Below are positions 29,433 through 39,393 of a DNA stretch of 62,933 bases, piece after piece. The position numbers were made by a program, and so were the translations under genes. The DNA is taken from positions 1 to 62,933 of the forward strand of contig JAWAJB010000005.1 in NCBI GenBank assembly GCA_038888155.1. Direction: 5' to 3'. The DNA is from Desulfurococcaceae archaeon. Lineage in GTDB: Archaea; Thermoproteota; Thermoprotei_A; Sulfolobales; Desulfurococcaceae. The notes below the pieces were generated by a model. The model saw nothing but the letters and a program-made list of their open reading frames with translations, was not told the DNA's origin and made no database searches. Position 1 is the stretch's first letter, and every line of letters begins with the position of its first letter.

Positions 29433-30134
29433 GTGGGGATGTCTATGTCCAACACGAACGTTATAACGCTAAATGATGTTTGGAAAATATATAAAGTGGG
29501 CAAGGTTAGTTACCCAGCGTTAAGAGGAGTCTCGCTAGAGGTTATGAAGGGAGAATTCTTGTGTGTTATAGGTCCTTCTGGATCCGGGAAATCAACTCTT
29601 CTAAACATAGTCGGACTTTTAGATAGGCCAACTAAAGGGATCATAGAGTTTGAGAATACGCTGTTGAGCAAGTTGCCCGATGACAAACTAGCTGAAGTTA
29701 GGAATAGGAGACTGGGTTTCGTGTTTCAAACTTTTAACTTACTCAATCACCTCACAGTTGTTGAGAATGTAGAGTTACCTATGATACCCCTTGGCATCAT
29801 GCCCAAACATCGCAGAAAGAGGGCCATTGAGGTGTTAAGCAAATTCTTGCCTGAGTCTGCGTTTTACAAAAGGCCAGTAGAAATGAGTGGGGGTGAACAG
29901 CAACGTGTGGCGATAGCAAGAGCGTTGGTGAACAACCCCGATGTGATATTGGCAGATGAACCTACCGGAAACTTGGACTCAGCCAATGCTCACTTGATAG
30001 CCAAAATATTCAAAGATCTTAGAGATGAAGGCAGAACTGTAGTCATGGTGACCCACAACACAGATTTGACCACATATGCAGATAGAATTATTAAAATGAG
30101 AGATGGGTTGATTGTCGAAGTAATTAGCAGGTAG
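29433..30134 (+). CDS. ABC ATPase, LolD/MacB type
   Basis: GPSGSGKS, GFVFQTFNL, MSGGEQQR, ADEPTGNLD, VTH. Confidence 0.92.
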   Translation: MGMSMSNTNVITLNDVWKIYKVGKVSYPALRGVSLEVMKGEFLCVIGPSGSGKSTLLNIVGLLDRPTKGIIEFENTLLSKLPDDKLAEVRNRRLGFVFQTFNLLNHLTVVENVELPMIPLGIMPKHRRKRAIEVLSKFLPESAFYKRPVEMSGGEQQRVAIARALVNNPDVILADEPTGNLDSANAHLIAKIFKDLRDEGRTVVMVTHNTDLTTYADRIIKMRDGLIVEVISR

Positions 30135-30140
30135 GGATCC

Positions 30141-32519
30141 GTGCGTGTAAATGCTTTCGGGAAAGACTTGTTAGTTGGTATTTTAATAACAATGGTAGTA
30201 TTTCAAGCCTACCAACTAACGTATATAACAACGGCATCTAATTCTCATGTCTTTCAGGTAATAGGAGCGGTGTGGGGGACAACTAGTTCTCCTGTTTGTG
30301 TTGGACCTGGTGCATCGCAACAGAGGTTAACACTTTTGTTAAAATATACTGGTAGTGAACCGTTGTTTGGAATTAAGGCCATGATTCTTCTTCCACAGCA
30401 TATCAAGGACGCGCTGAGTAAATCTAACTCGGCACTAGTAACTTATGCTCAGTTGATAGCTCCCAACCAAATAGTTGAGTTAACCTTTTGGTTAAACGTA
30501 GATGAAAACGCAACCACAGGCGACTATGCGGATCTTAATATATACACATATGATTACAAGCTAATAGATACATTAAAACTTTACATAGATATAGCTTACT
30601 ATACAGAAAAGCTCTCAATTCAACCTTCTTTGCCAGTCCAGGTTGATCCAGGTTATTCTAATATTGAGTTTTACGTGGTTAACTCTGGCCTAGGATTTGC
30701 ATATTCCGGTTCACTTGAGATTTCAACCACAGCTCAACAACTGTATCTATTCGAGCGCAGCATTAAAGTGGGGGATATGCCTCCTAATAGCAGCTTAAAG
30801 TTGGACATTCCCGCCTACATAAGCCCTACTCTTATTGGTTCATTAATACCGCTAAACCTTAAACTCAACTACATAGATGAGTGCGGATTTAGTAGACAAT
30901 TAAATGCGCTCTTATATATTAATGTAAGGCAGCCAACTGAGCCCAATATTATCCTCACGGCGGATCCAGCAACACTACTTGCAGGTGATGAGAACAAAGT
31001 AATTATACGTGTATTAAACGATGGAGATATTGCATTAAAAAGTATTGATCTCCAGTTCAACTTTCCACAGGGGTTAATTTTGCGCAATGACGCAACGCGA
31101 ATTTCTATTGGAGAGTTAGGGCCAGGTTCTTCAATTAATCTACCGTTAGTTCTAGTACCCACCGGGACTATAAACAATGGGACAGTTGTGCAGGCTTCCG
31201 TGATTTTGAGCTACAAAGATGAATATGACCTGGTAAGAACCAGTAATAAGTTTTTAACTTTTATTGTAATTAGACCTAGAGTGATAATAGCTACAGATCT
31301 TAGTCCTAAGATAGTTAATCCGGGCGAGAACGTCATCGCTATACAAGTTAAGAACTACGGCGATATTCCGCTGTTCGATGTTTTATCAACTGTTTCATTC
31401 CAGCAGGCTGTACCCATCGGTTTTGACGGAAAATGGTACATAGGCTCTTTGAGCCCTGGCGAGATAAAGAGCATAGAAGTTCCCATCATGGTCCCATCTA
31501 CTGCTAGCAATATTCAAGCCTCTTTGACATTGAGCTATGTTGATCCCACTGGCTCGACAAAGAGCGAGACTAGGTTGATGAATATCTTAGTTAGCGGCGA
31601 GAAGGCCTTGACTGTGAACATCTACCCTCAAGTGGTTATGTCAGGTCAGCCCAATACGCTTAAAGTATTAGTTAGGAATCCAAACAATTTCACGGCTTGG
31701 TCTGCAATCTTAACAATTATGCCTCAATCTGACGCGCTGTTATTAAACGCTCAAGACACTTACTACTTAGATTCGATAAAGCCAGGCGAAGAAATTTCGC
31801 TTGAGATCCCCGTATATGTTCTTAGGACGGCAGGAACAACTATTTCAGTTCCAGTCACGCTAAAGTACTCTCCCGATAAGCTTGTCACAGTTACATTAAC
31901 AAGGAATGTGGTTCTGCTTGTTTCCCATCAGCCATTACTTAAAGTGACTAATTATGCTACGCAACCTCAAACAATAGCCCCAGGTCAGATCTTTTCTACC
32001 TCGCTTACAATAGCTAATACTGGGCTTGGCACAGCTTTCAACGTCACAGTGTTGGCCTTACCGAGCGCACTGTACACTCCTCTTCTAGGCAACGAGGCGT
32101 TTTTAGGAGATATCGGCAAAGGTACATCAACTACGGTATCGTTTAGTTTCCGGCTGTCTAGTGAAATTAACTCAACGCTTCTTCCAGCAACTGGCAATTT
32201 AACGAGAGCTCCGCACATAAATGTTACGGAGCTTCCACAAGCTACGGCGGGCAATTCATCAATAGAAACTAAGCCATTAAGCCTATCTGCGAAGCCTTCA
32301 GTCAATGTATTGATCTTATACAGTGATAATGTGGGGAGGCAGTATAACGTTACTCTATCAATACCATTAGCAATAGGGAACTATAACACAACTACGTCTA
32401 ACATAAGTGGAAGGGCTGGCTTTAATACAAGCTTACTCATAGTAGTTATCTCTCTCCTCGCTGTTCCAATTGCAGCATACACACTATTTAAGCGGAGGAG
32501 GAAACTTGAGAGTGCGTGA
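30141..32519 (+). CDS. Secreted Ig/CARDB-repeat S-layer-like protein (COG1361 type) with C-terminal TM anchor
   Basis: Signal/TM N-terminus, repeated beta-rich units (N.G.., IG.L.PG, L.Y.D), many NxS/T sites, C-terminal TM plus basic tail. Confidence 0.75.
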   Translation: MRVNAFGKDLLVGILITMVVFQAYQLTYITTASNSHVFQVIGAVWGTTSSPVCVGPGASQQRLTLLLKYTGSEPLFGIKAMILLPQHIKDALSKSNSALVTYAQLIAPNQIVELTFWLNVDENATTGDYADLNIYTYDYKLIDTLKLYIDIAYYTEKLSIQPSLPVQVDPGYSNIEFYVVNSGLGFAYSGSLEISTTAQQLYLFERSIKVGDMPPNSSLKLDIPAYISPTLIGSLIPLNLKLNYIDECGFSRQLNALLYINVRQPTEPNIILTADPATLLAGDENKVIIRVLNDGDIALKSIDLQFNFPQGLILRNDATRISIGELGPGSSINLPLVLVPTGTINNGTVVQASVILSYKDEYDLVRTSNKFLTFIVIRPRVIIATDLSPKIVNPGENVIAIQVKNYGDIPLFDVLSTVSFQQAVPIGFDGKWYIGSLSPGEIKSIEVPIMVPSTASNIQASLTLSYVDPTGSTKSETRLMNILVSGEKALTVNIYPQVVMSGQPNTLKVLVRNPNNFTAWSAILTIMPQSDALLLNAQDTYYLDSIKPGEEISLEIPVYVLRTAGTTISVPVTLKYSPDKLVTVTLTRNVVLLVSHQPLLKVTNYATQPQTIAPGQIFSTSLTIANTGLGTAFNVTVLALPSALYTPLLGNEAFLGDIGKGTSTTVSFSFRLSSEINSTLLPATGNLTRAPHINVTELPQATAGNSSIETKPLSLSAKPSVNVLILYSDNVGRQYNVTLSIPLAIGNYNTTTSNISGRAGFNTSLLIVVISLLAVPIAAYTLFKRRRKLESA

Positions 32520-33762
32520 TGTTTTTTACTTGGCATTTAAGGCGCTGTGGACTCGCAGAGTGAGAACAATATTGTTGATTCTTAGCGTCATGGTGGGTAT
32601 AACAGCGATAATTTCTTTAACTTCACAGGCTGAGGGTGTTGGAAGGAGCATAACCTCTATGTTGCAGAAGTTAGGCCCTGACACCCTAATAATATCTATG
32701 AGCGGTAGACGATTAACAGATTCAGATGTTTTTCTTATTGCAAATGTAGACGAGGTTAAAGTAGTTATACCTATTGTGAGAGATACTTGGATCATGACTA
32801 TAGGAGGCTCTTGGACAGGTATAACAATATATGGAATAAACCCAAATCAGCTTAGCGAAATCTTAGGCGATGTAAAGATCATCGAAGGCTCTCTTTACCC
32901 CGATACACCAATACCGCTAGCACTTATAGGTTACCAAGTGGCGTATCCTAATGGCACGGACCGGCCCTTAATAGTTCCAGGACAGGCTATAACGCTACAA
33001 CCCAGGAGCGTGGGGTCTCTTTCCTCCGGTGCGTCGATAACCCTAATAGCATCTGGAATACTCGAAACTTATGGGGCAATGAGCATTATTTCGCCCGATA
33101 CAAGTATATTTATTCCCCTTCAGGCAGCAAAGTTGATACTAAACAGAGGATGGTATGACCTCTTGATCGTTAAAGTCAACAATGTGGATTCATTGGGGGT
33201 CATTGAGAATAACCTTAGAAACATATATGGAAACAGCATTAATGTTATGTCCCCAGTTCAAATGGCTCAAACTATGCAGAGCGTAGTCGCGCAAATAACG
33301 CTATTATTGGGTGGCATAGCAGCAATATCCTTAATTTCAGCTTCTATGGGAATACTCAACATGATGCTTGTGACAGTAACTGAAAGGACAAGGGAAATCG
33401 GCACAATGAAGGCCCTGGGCTTTAAGAACAAATCTATTTTAACGCAAATAGTCGCCGAGGGGCTATTAATAGGTCTTTTCGGCGGTATACTTGGCGTAGC
33501 GGTTGGGACGGCGACATCTTATCTCATACCGGCTTTCCTCATAGGCGGCACAAGCGCTACACAAATAGGTGGTCCAGGTAGGCAAACAGGGGCAGTGATT
33601 GCATCTGGGCTGAGAATTAACATCAACTATGAACCGTACATAAACCCCACAGTGATACTGATTTCGCTTGCAATTGCTCTAATAGTGAGCATAGCTTCAA
33701 GCATATACCCAGCGTGGAGAGCCGCTAAAATGGATCCTGTCAAGGCTTTAAGGTATGAGTAA
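32506..33762 (+). CDS. ABC permease, MacB/FtsX type
   Basis: RTILLILSVMVG, VTERTREIGTMKALG, YPAWRAAKMDPV.ALR; start TTG 32506 or GTG 32512 after GGAGGAGG. Confidence 0.92.
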   Translation: MRVRDVFYLAFKALWTRRVRTILLILSVMVGITAIISLTSQAEGVGRSITSMLQKLGPDTLIISMSGRRLTDSDVFLIANVDEVKVVIPIVRDTWIMTIGGSWTGITIYGINPNQLSEILGDVKIIEGSLYPDTPIPLALIGYQVAYPNGTDRPLIVPGQAITLQPRSVGSLSSGASITLIASGILETYGAMSIISPDTSIFIPLQAAKLILNRGWYDLLIVKVNNVDSLGVIENNLRNIYGNSINVMSPVQMAQTMQSVVAQITLLLGGIAAISLISASMGILNMMLVTVTERTREIGTMKALGFKNKSILTQIVAEGLLIGLFGGILGVAVGTATSYLIPAFLIGGTSATQIGGPGRQTGAVIASGLRININYEPYINPTVILISLAIALIVSIASSIYPAWRAAKMDPVKALRYE

Positions 33763-34034
33763 ATCCAATGTAATACTACTTCAACCTATTCGTTGGGATT
33801 TTCAATCATTAATTATGAATTTGAAGGAATTCTATAGTCATTTCCAGCAAATTTTTAAATTTGTGCGCTAAATACCATTTTAATCCCAGTAAAAGTAAAT
33901 ATTGTTTATAAAAATCGTGCCACACTATCATAAGAAGAATTTAATCCAATACTGGGCCTTAAGTATTAGTTCTTAAGTCTAGCGTTATTATATACGGCTA
34001 TACTTCTAAGGATTATAATAAGCAAGGTGCAAGA

Positions 34035-34574
34035 ATGGAAAATACTGATCTGATAAATTTGATTAATAGCTGCTCTAGGTGTAGTGGATTAATTGTAGAT
34101 AAACCATGTATCAAGCATGGAGTTTATCACAGATTCATGCCACCGAATCCTTTAATATTGGTTGTAAGTGAATCTCCTCCACCAGGTTTTAAGCAAGATT
34201 ACCTCTACAACCTAGAGCACAGAGATAACCTTAGGTTGGCTCTTTCGAAGGCGCTTAACATATCGGAGAGGCGCGTGGTGGAATACCTTCAATCTCACCA
34301 TATCTTATGGTCTACGGCGATTAAGTGTCGACCGGTTAGTAAAGATCATCTTAAAAAGATGAGAATAAACTGCCTTCGCGTACTAAAGGTCGAGCTGAAA
34401 AATATTAAGCCTGCAATAACAGTTGCCCTAGGAAAAACCGCTCAGTCATCATTTCGCGACCTAGGAGTAAAATTTGACTATTCGGGATACCATCCACTAT
34501 ACTACATGAGAATGAACAATCTCGGCAAGCTTAAAACAATACTTGAGGAGGCGACTTTGAGGATCAAGGATTAG
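34035..34574 (+). CDS. Uracil-DNA glycosylase superfamily protein (Fe-S, family 4/5-like)
   Basis: CxxC, SESPP, TAIKCRP..C, VALGKTA, YHP. Confidence 0.75.
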   Translation: MENTDLINLINSCSRCSGLIVDKPCIKHGVYHRFMPPNPLILVVSESPPPGFKQDYLYNLEHRDNLRLALSKALNISERRVVEYLQSHHILWSTAIKCRPVSKDHLKKMRINCLRVLKVELKNIKPAITVALGKTAQSSFRDLGVKFDYSGYHPLYYMRMNNLGKLKTILEEATLRIKD

Positions 34575-35023
34575 ATCTGAGTGGCACTGGGGGTCTCAAT
34601 AAAATCTTCGTCAGCTTTGAAACCGGTAAACGTGATCCAGCCATTCTCGGAGCTTTAGAACACTCCTTGCCTTGCCAATCTGCTCTAAATGCCTAGTTTT
34701 CCTTGCTTAGCAATTTCTCGATAGACTCTAATACTTTTCTCCTAACTTGGATTGATGCGCTCGGCTTAATAATCCACTTGTGAAGCAACTTATGGCACCT
34801 CTCTCGAGACCTAGAAGGGCCTCTTCGACTTCTCCCCTTCGAGTATTTTAATTTTACATCATTCGTAATTGAGCACCTCTGGTTACAAAACCAACGGTTC
34901 CACACTGTAAGTATTTTACTTTAGTAGTTTATAAACCCAAGGGAAGTTATATTTTGAGTAGTGTTTCACCTTCGATAAAGCAAATTACCGATTTTAATTA
35001 GTTTGTTTATTTTCTCCATGTCG

Positions 35024-36001
35024 CTAAGAGCTTATTTCTTTTAGTACTCCATCAATTATATGGCCCAGCACCTTTTTACACTTACCTTGATTGCTGAAAC
35101 TGCACTGATCTACAACATAACTATAGTGTTTTGAGAGCTCAGAAAATTGTTCATCACTTAAGTGCCTAAAAGTTACCAATGCGGATTTTAATCCAGATCC
35201 GCTGTATTTTAATGCCTGTTTTATTGCTTTATTTATCCAAGTCTTTGGTGGGCCCTGTTTACACTCAATGAGTATCTTTATGCCCCCGTGGAAATCTAGT
35301 TCTATGTCAGGAGCTACTGATCCTGCTCGGCTTTCTAACTTAACTCTTAAGCAGATACCGCTACAATCGTATTCAATGTTAATGCCTCTCCAAGATGCTT
35401 TATTTGCTTCACTAATCGATTTGCACACACCTTCAAGATGGTCGTTTTCTAGTGTCTTACACCCAGATTCAGTGAGTATTTCATGTATTAAGGCATACAC
35501 GAATCCAACGTACTCTAAAGACAGCTCCTGCCAAACCCCTTTAATCCTCTTGAACAAATAATAGTCAAGTGCCGCATCGGCTTTTAAAAAAGAGTTGTAA
35601 AAATGGATAAAGTTCTCGTCGCTCATGCAGATCAAGGTGCTCCATTTTGACCTGTACATAGATATTTCGTCAACTAACTTGTCTATATTCGTATATCCCG
35701 TTGATGCTTCATGTGCTTGACCTATTCTACCCAAATGATAGATCTCCCCATTACGACCTAGGCGGTAGAGCTCTACATATAGCAAGCCGTTGTTGTAAGT
35801 GTACTCATATATAATTGTGTTTCTCTTCACCAAACTTTCTGTATCGATTAAGTACTCAACTCTATCGCCGCGAAACATGACTTCGCGTAGCGCCCCTGTT
35901 TCGTATAGGTGGGAAATATGAGTTGGTTGCCCTAAGTCCTCGTACTTTGTAAAGAGCCTAGTTTTATATGCCACGCCCGTTAACTCACTAAAACTAACCA
36001 A
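35024..36001 (-). CDS. Hypothetical protein with C-terminal PD-(D/E)XK nuclease motif
   Basis: APDIEL..IKILIECKQG..QALKY. Confidence 0.6.
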   Translation of the reverse strand: MVSFSELTGVAYKTRLFTKYEDLGQPTHISHLYETGALREVMFRGDRVEYLIDTESLVKRNTIIYEYTYNNGLLYVELYRLGRNGEIYHLGRIGQAHEASTGYTNIDKLVDEISMYRSKWSTLICMSDENFIHFYNSFLKADAALDYYLFKRIKGVWQELSLEYVGFVYALIHEILTESGCKTLENDHLEGVCKSISEANKASWRGINIEYDCSGICLRVKLESRAGSVAPDIELDFHGGIKILIECKQGPPKTWINKAIKQALKYSGSGLKSALVTFRHLSDEQFSELSKHYSYVVDQCSFSNQGKCKKVLGHIIDGVLKEISS

Positions 36002-36023
36002 GCGTATGTCCCTATTCGCCTCT

Positions 36024-36971
36024 CTAATTGTTGGTATGCTCCCTCATAAAGGATAGGCCACGAAGAAGTTTTTCAAACGTTAACAAGCTTTTCGGTATAC
36101 GAGCCCATACTGTTTTTCTTGGATCTACAAGCTGGCTTATACCTATGTCTACAGTTAAACTGGCGAGCATGTATGCATCGTGCCACTCTAGCTTGAGGCT
36201 ACGTGAAAGAGCTTCGACTGCCACTGATATAGCCTCCTCTAGGGCTACGCTAACATTTTCTCTAGATACTAATATATATAGTGAGTTCTCGTAGTCGACT
36301 ATAGGCCAAAGAGGTGCTAGGCCTTTGATCACGCTAAACTCAAGCTCCACGCTACCAGATACCTCGCATGCAGCCACGCAAACCTCTCCATCGCCCATAG
36401 CCGCGTGAAGATCGCCAACGCCGAGGAGGGCGCCGGGATATTCTACTGGTAGAATAACGCTGGCGCCTTGGGTAATAAATCTTGTATCCAAGTTTCCGCC
36501 ATGTCTGCCTGGAACACCAGTTGAAGTTCTCTCGCTAGTGGCAACGCCTATTACGCCAATCATCTTTCTGGTAGGTAGTCTGAGGTTGAGGAACTCGACT
36601 ACATCACCTTTTACATAGCACGTCCTCGTTTTAGCCTTTTTTACGAGATGTGATAGCGCGCCTGCCCCCGGAGCTGTTGCAATAAAGCCTTTCTCGGCTA
36701 CGTTAACCGACTTAACCCGAATGAGTAGAGCGTCTCCAGCATCAGCTCCTTCTATGTAGATAGGTCCTGTAGCTGGATTAACCCTCGAAAAATCCACAGA
36801 TGAAATGGTATGTTCCTCACTGGTGATCTGCCCTCCAAGAGCGTCTTGAGTGTAAATAACGACACTTGTATCCACTTCAACTCTAGCTGTAGGAGGTACC
36901 TCAGGGCTAAACACATAATAGACTTTATCGCTTGGAACAATAACTGAGCTCTTCACTGTTTTCCCCTCCAT
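36024..36971 (-). CDS. Acetamidase/formamidase family protein
   Basis: NPATGPIYIEGA..GD, PGRHGGNLD, GDLHAAMGDGEV, AYMLAS. Confidence 0.92.
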   Translation of the reverse strand: MEGKTVKSSVIVPSDKVYYVFSPEVPPTARVEVDTSVVIYTQDALGGQITSEEHTISSVDFSRVNPATGPIYIEGADAGDALLIRVKSVNVAEKGFIATAPGAGALSHLVKKAKTRTCYVKGDVVEFLNLRLPTRKMIGVIGVATSERTSTGVPGRHGGNLDTRFITQGASVILPVEYPGALLGVGDLHAAMGDGEVCVAACEVSGSVELEFSVIKGLAPLWPIVDYENSLYILVSRENVSVALEEAISVAVEALSRSLKLEWHDAYMLASLTVDIGISQLVDPRKTVWARIPKSLLTFEKLLRGLSFMREHTNN

Positions 36972-37109
36972 TAAAACTAGTCGTAGAGCATAAATAAAAA
37001 AGTTGCTGTAACCATTTATTGCTTTGGCTCATTTTTATAGTGACACATAGCTTTGAAAGTGCATGAGCCTTACTGAGGTTGAGCTGTTAAATGATAAGTT
37101 GTGTTTTGC

Positions 37110-38279
37110 TTAACAAGAGCTTACATGCCTTTGGGAGAGCTTGAGTCGCGAGATTCTTTCATATATTATCATAAGCATTATAGATACTAGGCATGAATAC
37201 GTTACAATTGAACCGACAAAGTCTAAATCCAGTTCGTCGAGTAACAGAAGTGGAGTTAAAAGGAGGCCGCCAATCGCTATAAATGCTTGAGTCGCTCCAA
37301 AGCCTGTTGTTAGCTCTTCGCGTAGGAGCCTTTGGGCTATGTAAACATTGAAAGAGGTATCTAAATATGGGTATAGGCTAATCTGCCAAACTAAAATTGA
37401 TGCCAGGCCTACTGTTTTTGTAAAACACCAATATATTAAAATGTACGCTATGATCGTAGATATGTACACTTTAACAGCGCCGTATTTGTCAACGAGGCGC
37501 CCAGCGATTATCCTAACTATAGGGGATACTATTGAACCGCCGGAGTAAGCCAAACCATAAATACTGTACTTAGCCCACTCTGGCAACTCAGGTAAAACCA
37601 AATCTATACTGATGCTTAACTTCCTAGGAGCAATAGTGTATAAAACCTCCCTACAAAAAACAACCAATGTTAGGGATAAAAGCGCTATTGCAACCTTTTT
37701 AACTACGTTAATTGTATTTTCACTGCTAGGCGCTTCATTGTCTACCTTTGTGTAGAAGAGATAATATATTGCGAAAACCAACGGTGGAAGAGTTGCGTTT
37801 AGTGCAAAAACAGCAAACGCTTGTCCTAAATTGTACACGGGGCCTGAGATCACGGAACCTGCAACATATCCAATGCCAGATCCAACTGTGAACTTGCTGT
37901 ATTCCCACCCTAAGTTGTCTTTAGCTCGGGAGAATACGATCTTCAGGACGACGGGCCATGATATAAACCACGGAAAACTGGATATAGAAAGTAAGAATGC
38001 CAGTACAAGGGGGTCTCGAATAAACAGCCCTGTAATAATAGGAATAGAGCAAGTAGACCCCAACAGTAATGCGTTTTTCTCGCCCAAGGACTTAGATACT
38101 TTGCCAGCTAGAAGTGCTAACAGCGTAAATGACCAACTGGCCACTGTGTATATAATAATAGCCTTTGTGCCTCCTTCTAGCTCTACTGCTAGATAGCGCG
38201 TTACAAAACCGAGGTGTAGGCCCCACGTCAAGCTTCCCAACGTTGCGGCTATTGTGTACGCTATCTTTTCCCTGGCCAT
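37110..38279 (-). CDS. MFS transporter
   Basis: About 12 TM; GKVSKSLG and GRLVDKYG loop motifs. Confidence 0.8.
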   Translation of the reverse strand: MAREKIAYTIAATLGSLTWGLHLGFVTRYLAVELEGGTKAIIIYTVASWSFTLLALLAGKVSKSLGEKNALLLGSTCSIPIITGLFIRDPLVLAFLLSISSFPWFISWPVVLKIVFSRAKDNLGWEYSKFTVGSGIGYVAGSVISGPVYNLGQAFAVFALNATLPPLVFAIYYLFYTKVDNEAPSSENTINVVKKVAIALLSLTLVVFCREVLYTIAPRKLSISIDLVLPELPEWAKYSIYGLAYSGGSIVSPIVRIIAGRLVDKYGAVKVYISTIIAYILIYWCFTKTVGLASILVWQISLYPYLDTSFNVYIAQRLLREELTTGFGATQAFIAIGGLLLTPLLLLDELDLDFVGSIVTYSCLVSIMLMIIYERISRLKLSQRHVSSC

Positions 38280-38297
38280 TTCGATTAACCTTCAACG

Positions 38298-39197
38298 CTA
38301 CTGAAAGACATACAGCTCTTCATCATATCTTCTATCGAGGACAGTCCCAGGTGGGAGGCGTTTAATGCTCTTCTTGACCAGATGTTCTAATAACATTCTC
38401 CTTGCTTCATCTATTGTATATTTTCCTGAAAGCCAGTCCAGTGGAATGTTGACATTTAATGGACGCGCTGGGATGACGTGCCTTGTTGATTTGTGGACAA
38501 AAACTTCTCCACTTAACGCAAGTGACCTCACCTCGCTTTTACTAATAGGAGGGGGCACTATTGCCATTATGTTTGCTCCTCCCTCCAGCATAAGCATTGA
38601 ATCTTTTTCTGTCTGATAGCTTATCTCGAAGCCTCTCATTTCGAGAGCTTTCTCGGCTTTTTTGATTTGTTCATACATCGACTTTATGCCCGATGTCGGA
38701 TATCGAATACCGAGGAGAGTTCGCCCTGTGTAGATCAATGCAATTAATTCCCTTCTAGACAGCATTGCTTTGCCGGCATTGTAGTTAGCTATATTTACAA
38801 GCCTAAAGCCCAGCCTAGAAATGGTGTACAGTGCCGCTGAGCGGGCCTCTTCAATGTTCTTATAGGTTCCCCTTAGTTCGTCCTTGACGCTGACCAACCT
38901 ACTCCAAGAGTACAGCTCTATTCTTGGGTTGTCGTAATCTACTAAGCAAACTGGAATGTACTTAAAGCCCAGCTCGCGAGAGGCAGCTACCCTATGCATT
39001 CCATCTAAAACAACCATAGTTTTTTCGTCTACTATAATAGGATCCTTGAAGAAGTTGTCGGCTCTTATTTTATTTACAAGCCATGATTTTCTTTTCTCCA
39101 ATATTTCTTCGTGTATATAGAGTTTATCGACTTCATTTAGGGTTATTTTCAAAGCTATAATGGGGGTCGTTATTTCGTAAGCAACTATGCTTGACAA
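38298..39197 (-). CDS. serK: ParB/Srx-fold protein similar to free L-serine kinase SerK
   Basis: HEE, VLDGMHR, VDY..W, GEVF..K(S/T)TRHV.P, as recalled for Thermococcus SerK. Confidence 0.65.
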   Translation of the reverse strand: MSSIVAYEITTPIIALKITLNEVDKLYIHEEILEKRKSWLVNKIRADNFFKDPIIVDEKTMVVLDGMHRVAASRELGFKYIPVCLVDYDNPRIELYSWSRLVSVKDELRGTYKNIEEARSAALYTISRLGFRLVNIANYNAGKAMLSRRELIALIYTGRTLLGIRYPTSGIKSMYEQIKKAEKALEMRGFEISYQTEKDSMLMLEGGANIMAIVPPPISKSEVRSLALSGEVFVHKSTRHVIPARPLNVNIPLDWLSGKYTIDEARRMLLEHLVKKSIKRLPPGTVLDRRYDEELYVFQ

Positions 39198-39340
39198 TAA
39201 GCACCACCAATATTGATATTCTGGCTACCTAAGCTTGAAAAACGCCCATCGGGGATATATGCTTTATACATTGTATTAAAGTCAAAGAAAGGGATTTAAT
39301 AGCTAAAAGTCATCTATACATTATTGAATTTCACAGAATC

Positions 39341-39390
39341 ATGATGAGTGCACGTCAGATAGATATAGTGATGACCCTCCACCGAACTGA
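39341..39390 (+). ncRNA. Box C/D methylation-guide sRNA (double guide)
   Basis: C ATGATGA 39341-47; 12-nt guide GTGCACGTCAGA; D' TAGA; C' GTGATGA 39368-74; 12-nt guide CCCTCCACCGAA; D CTGA 39387-90; intergenic; guides complementary to conserved LSU rRNA motifs. Confidence 0.85.
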
Positions 39391-39393
39391 ACT

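Noticed and set aside
34693-34905. 70-aa ORF as a real gene
   Set aside because: No recognisable motif or clear SD; at most a remnant.
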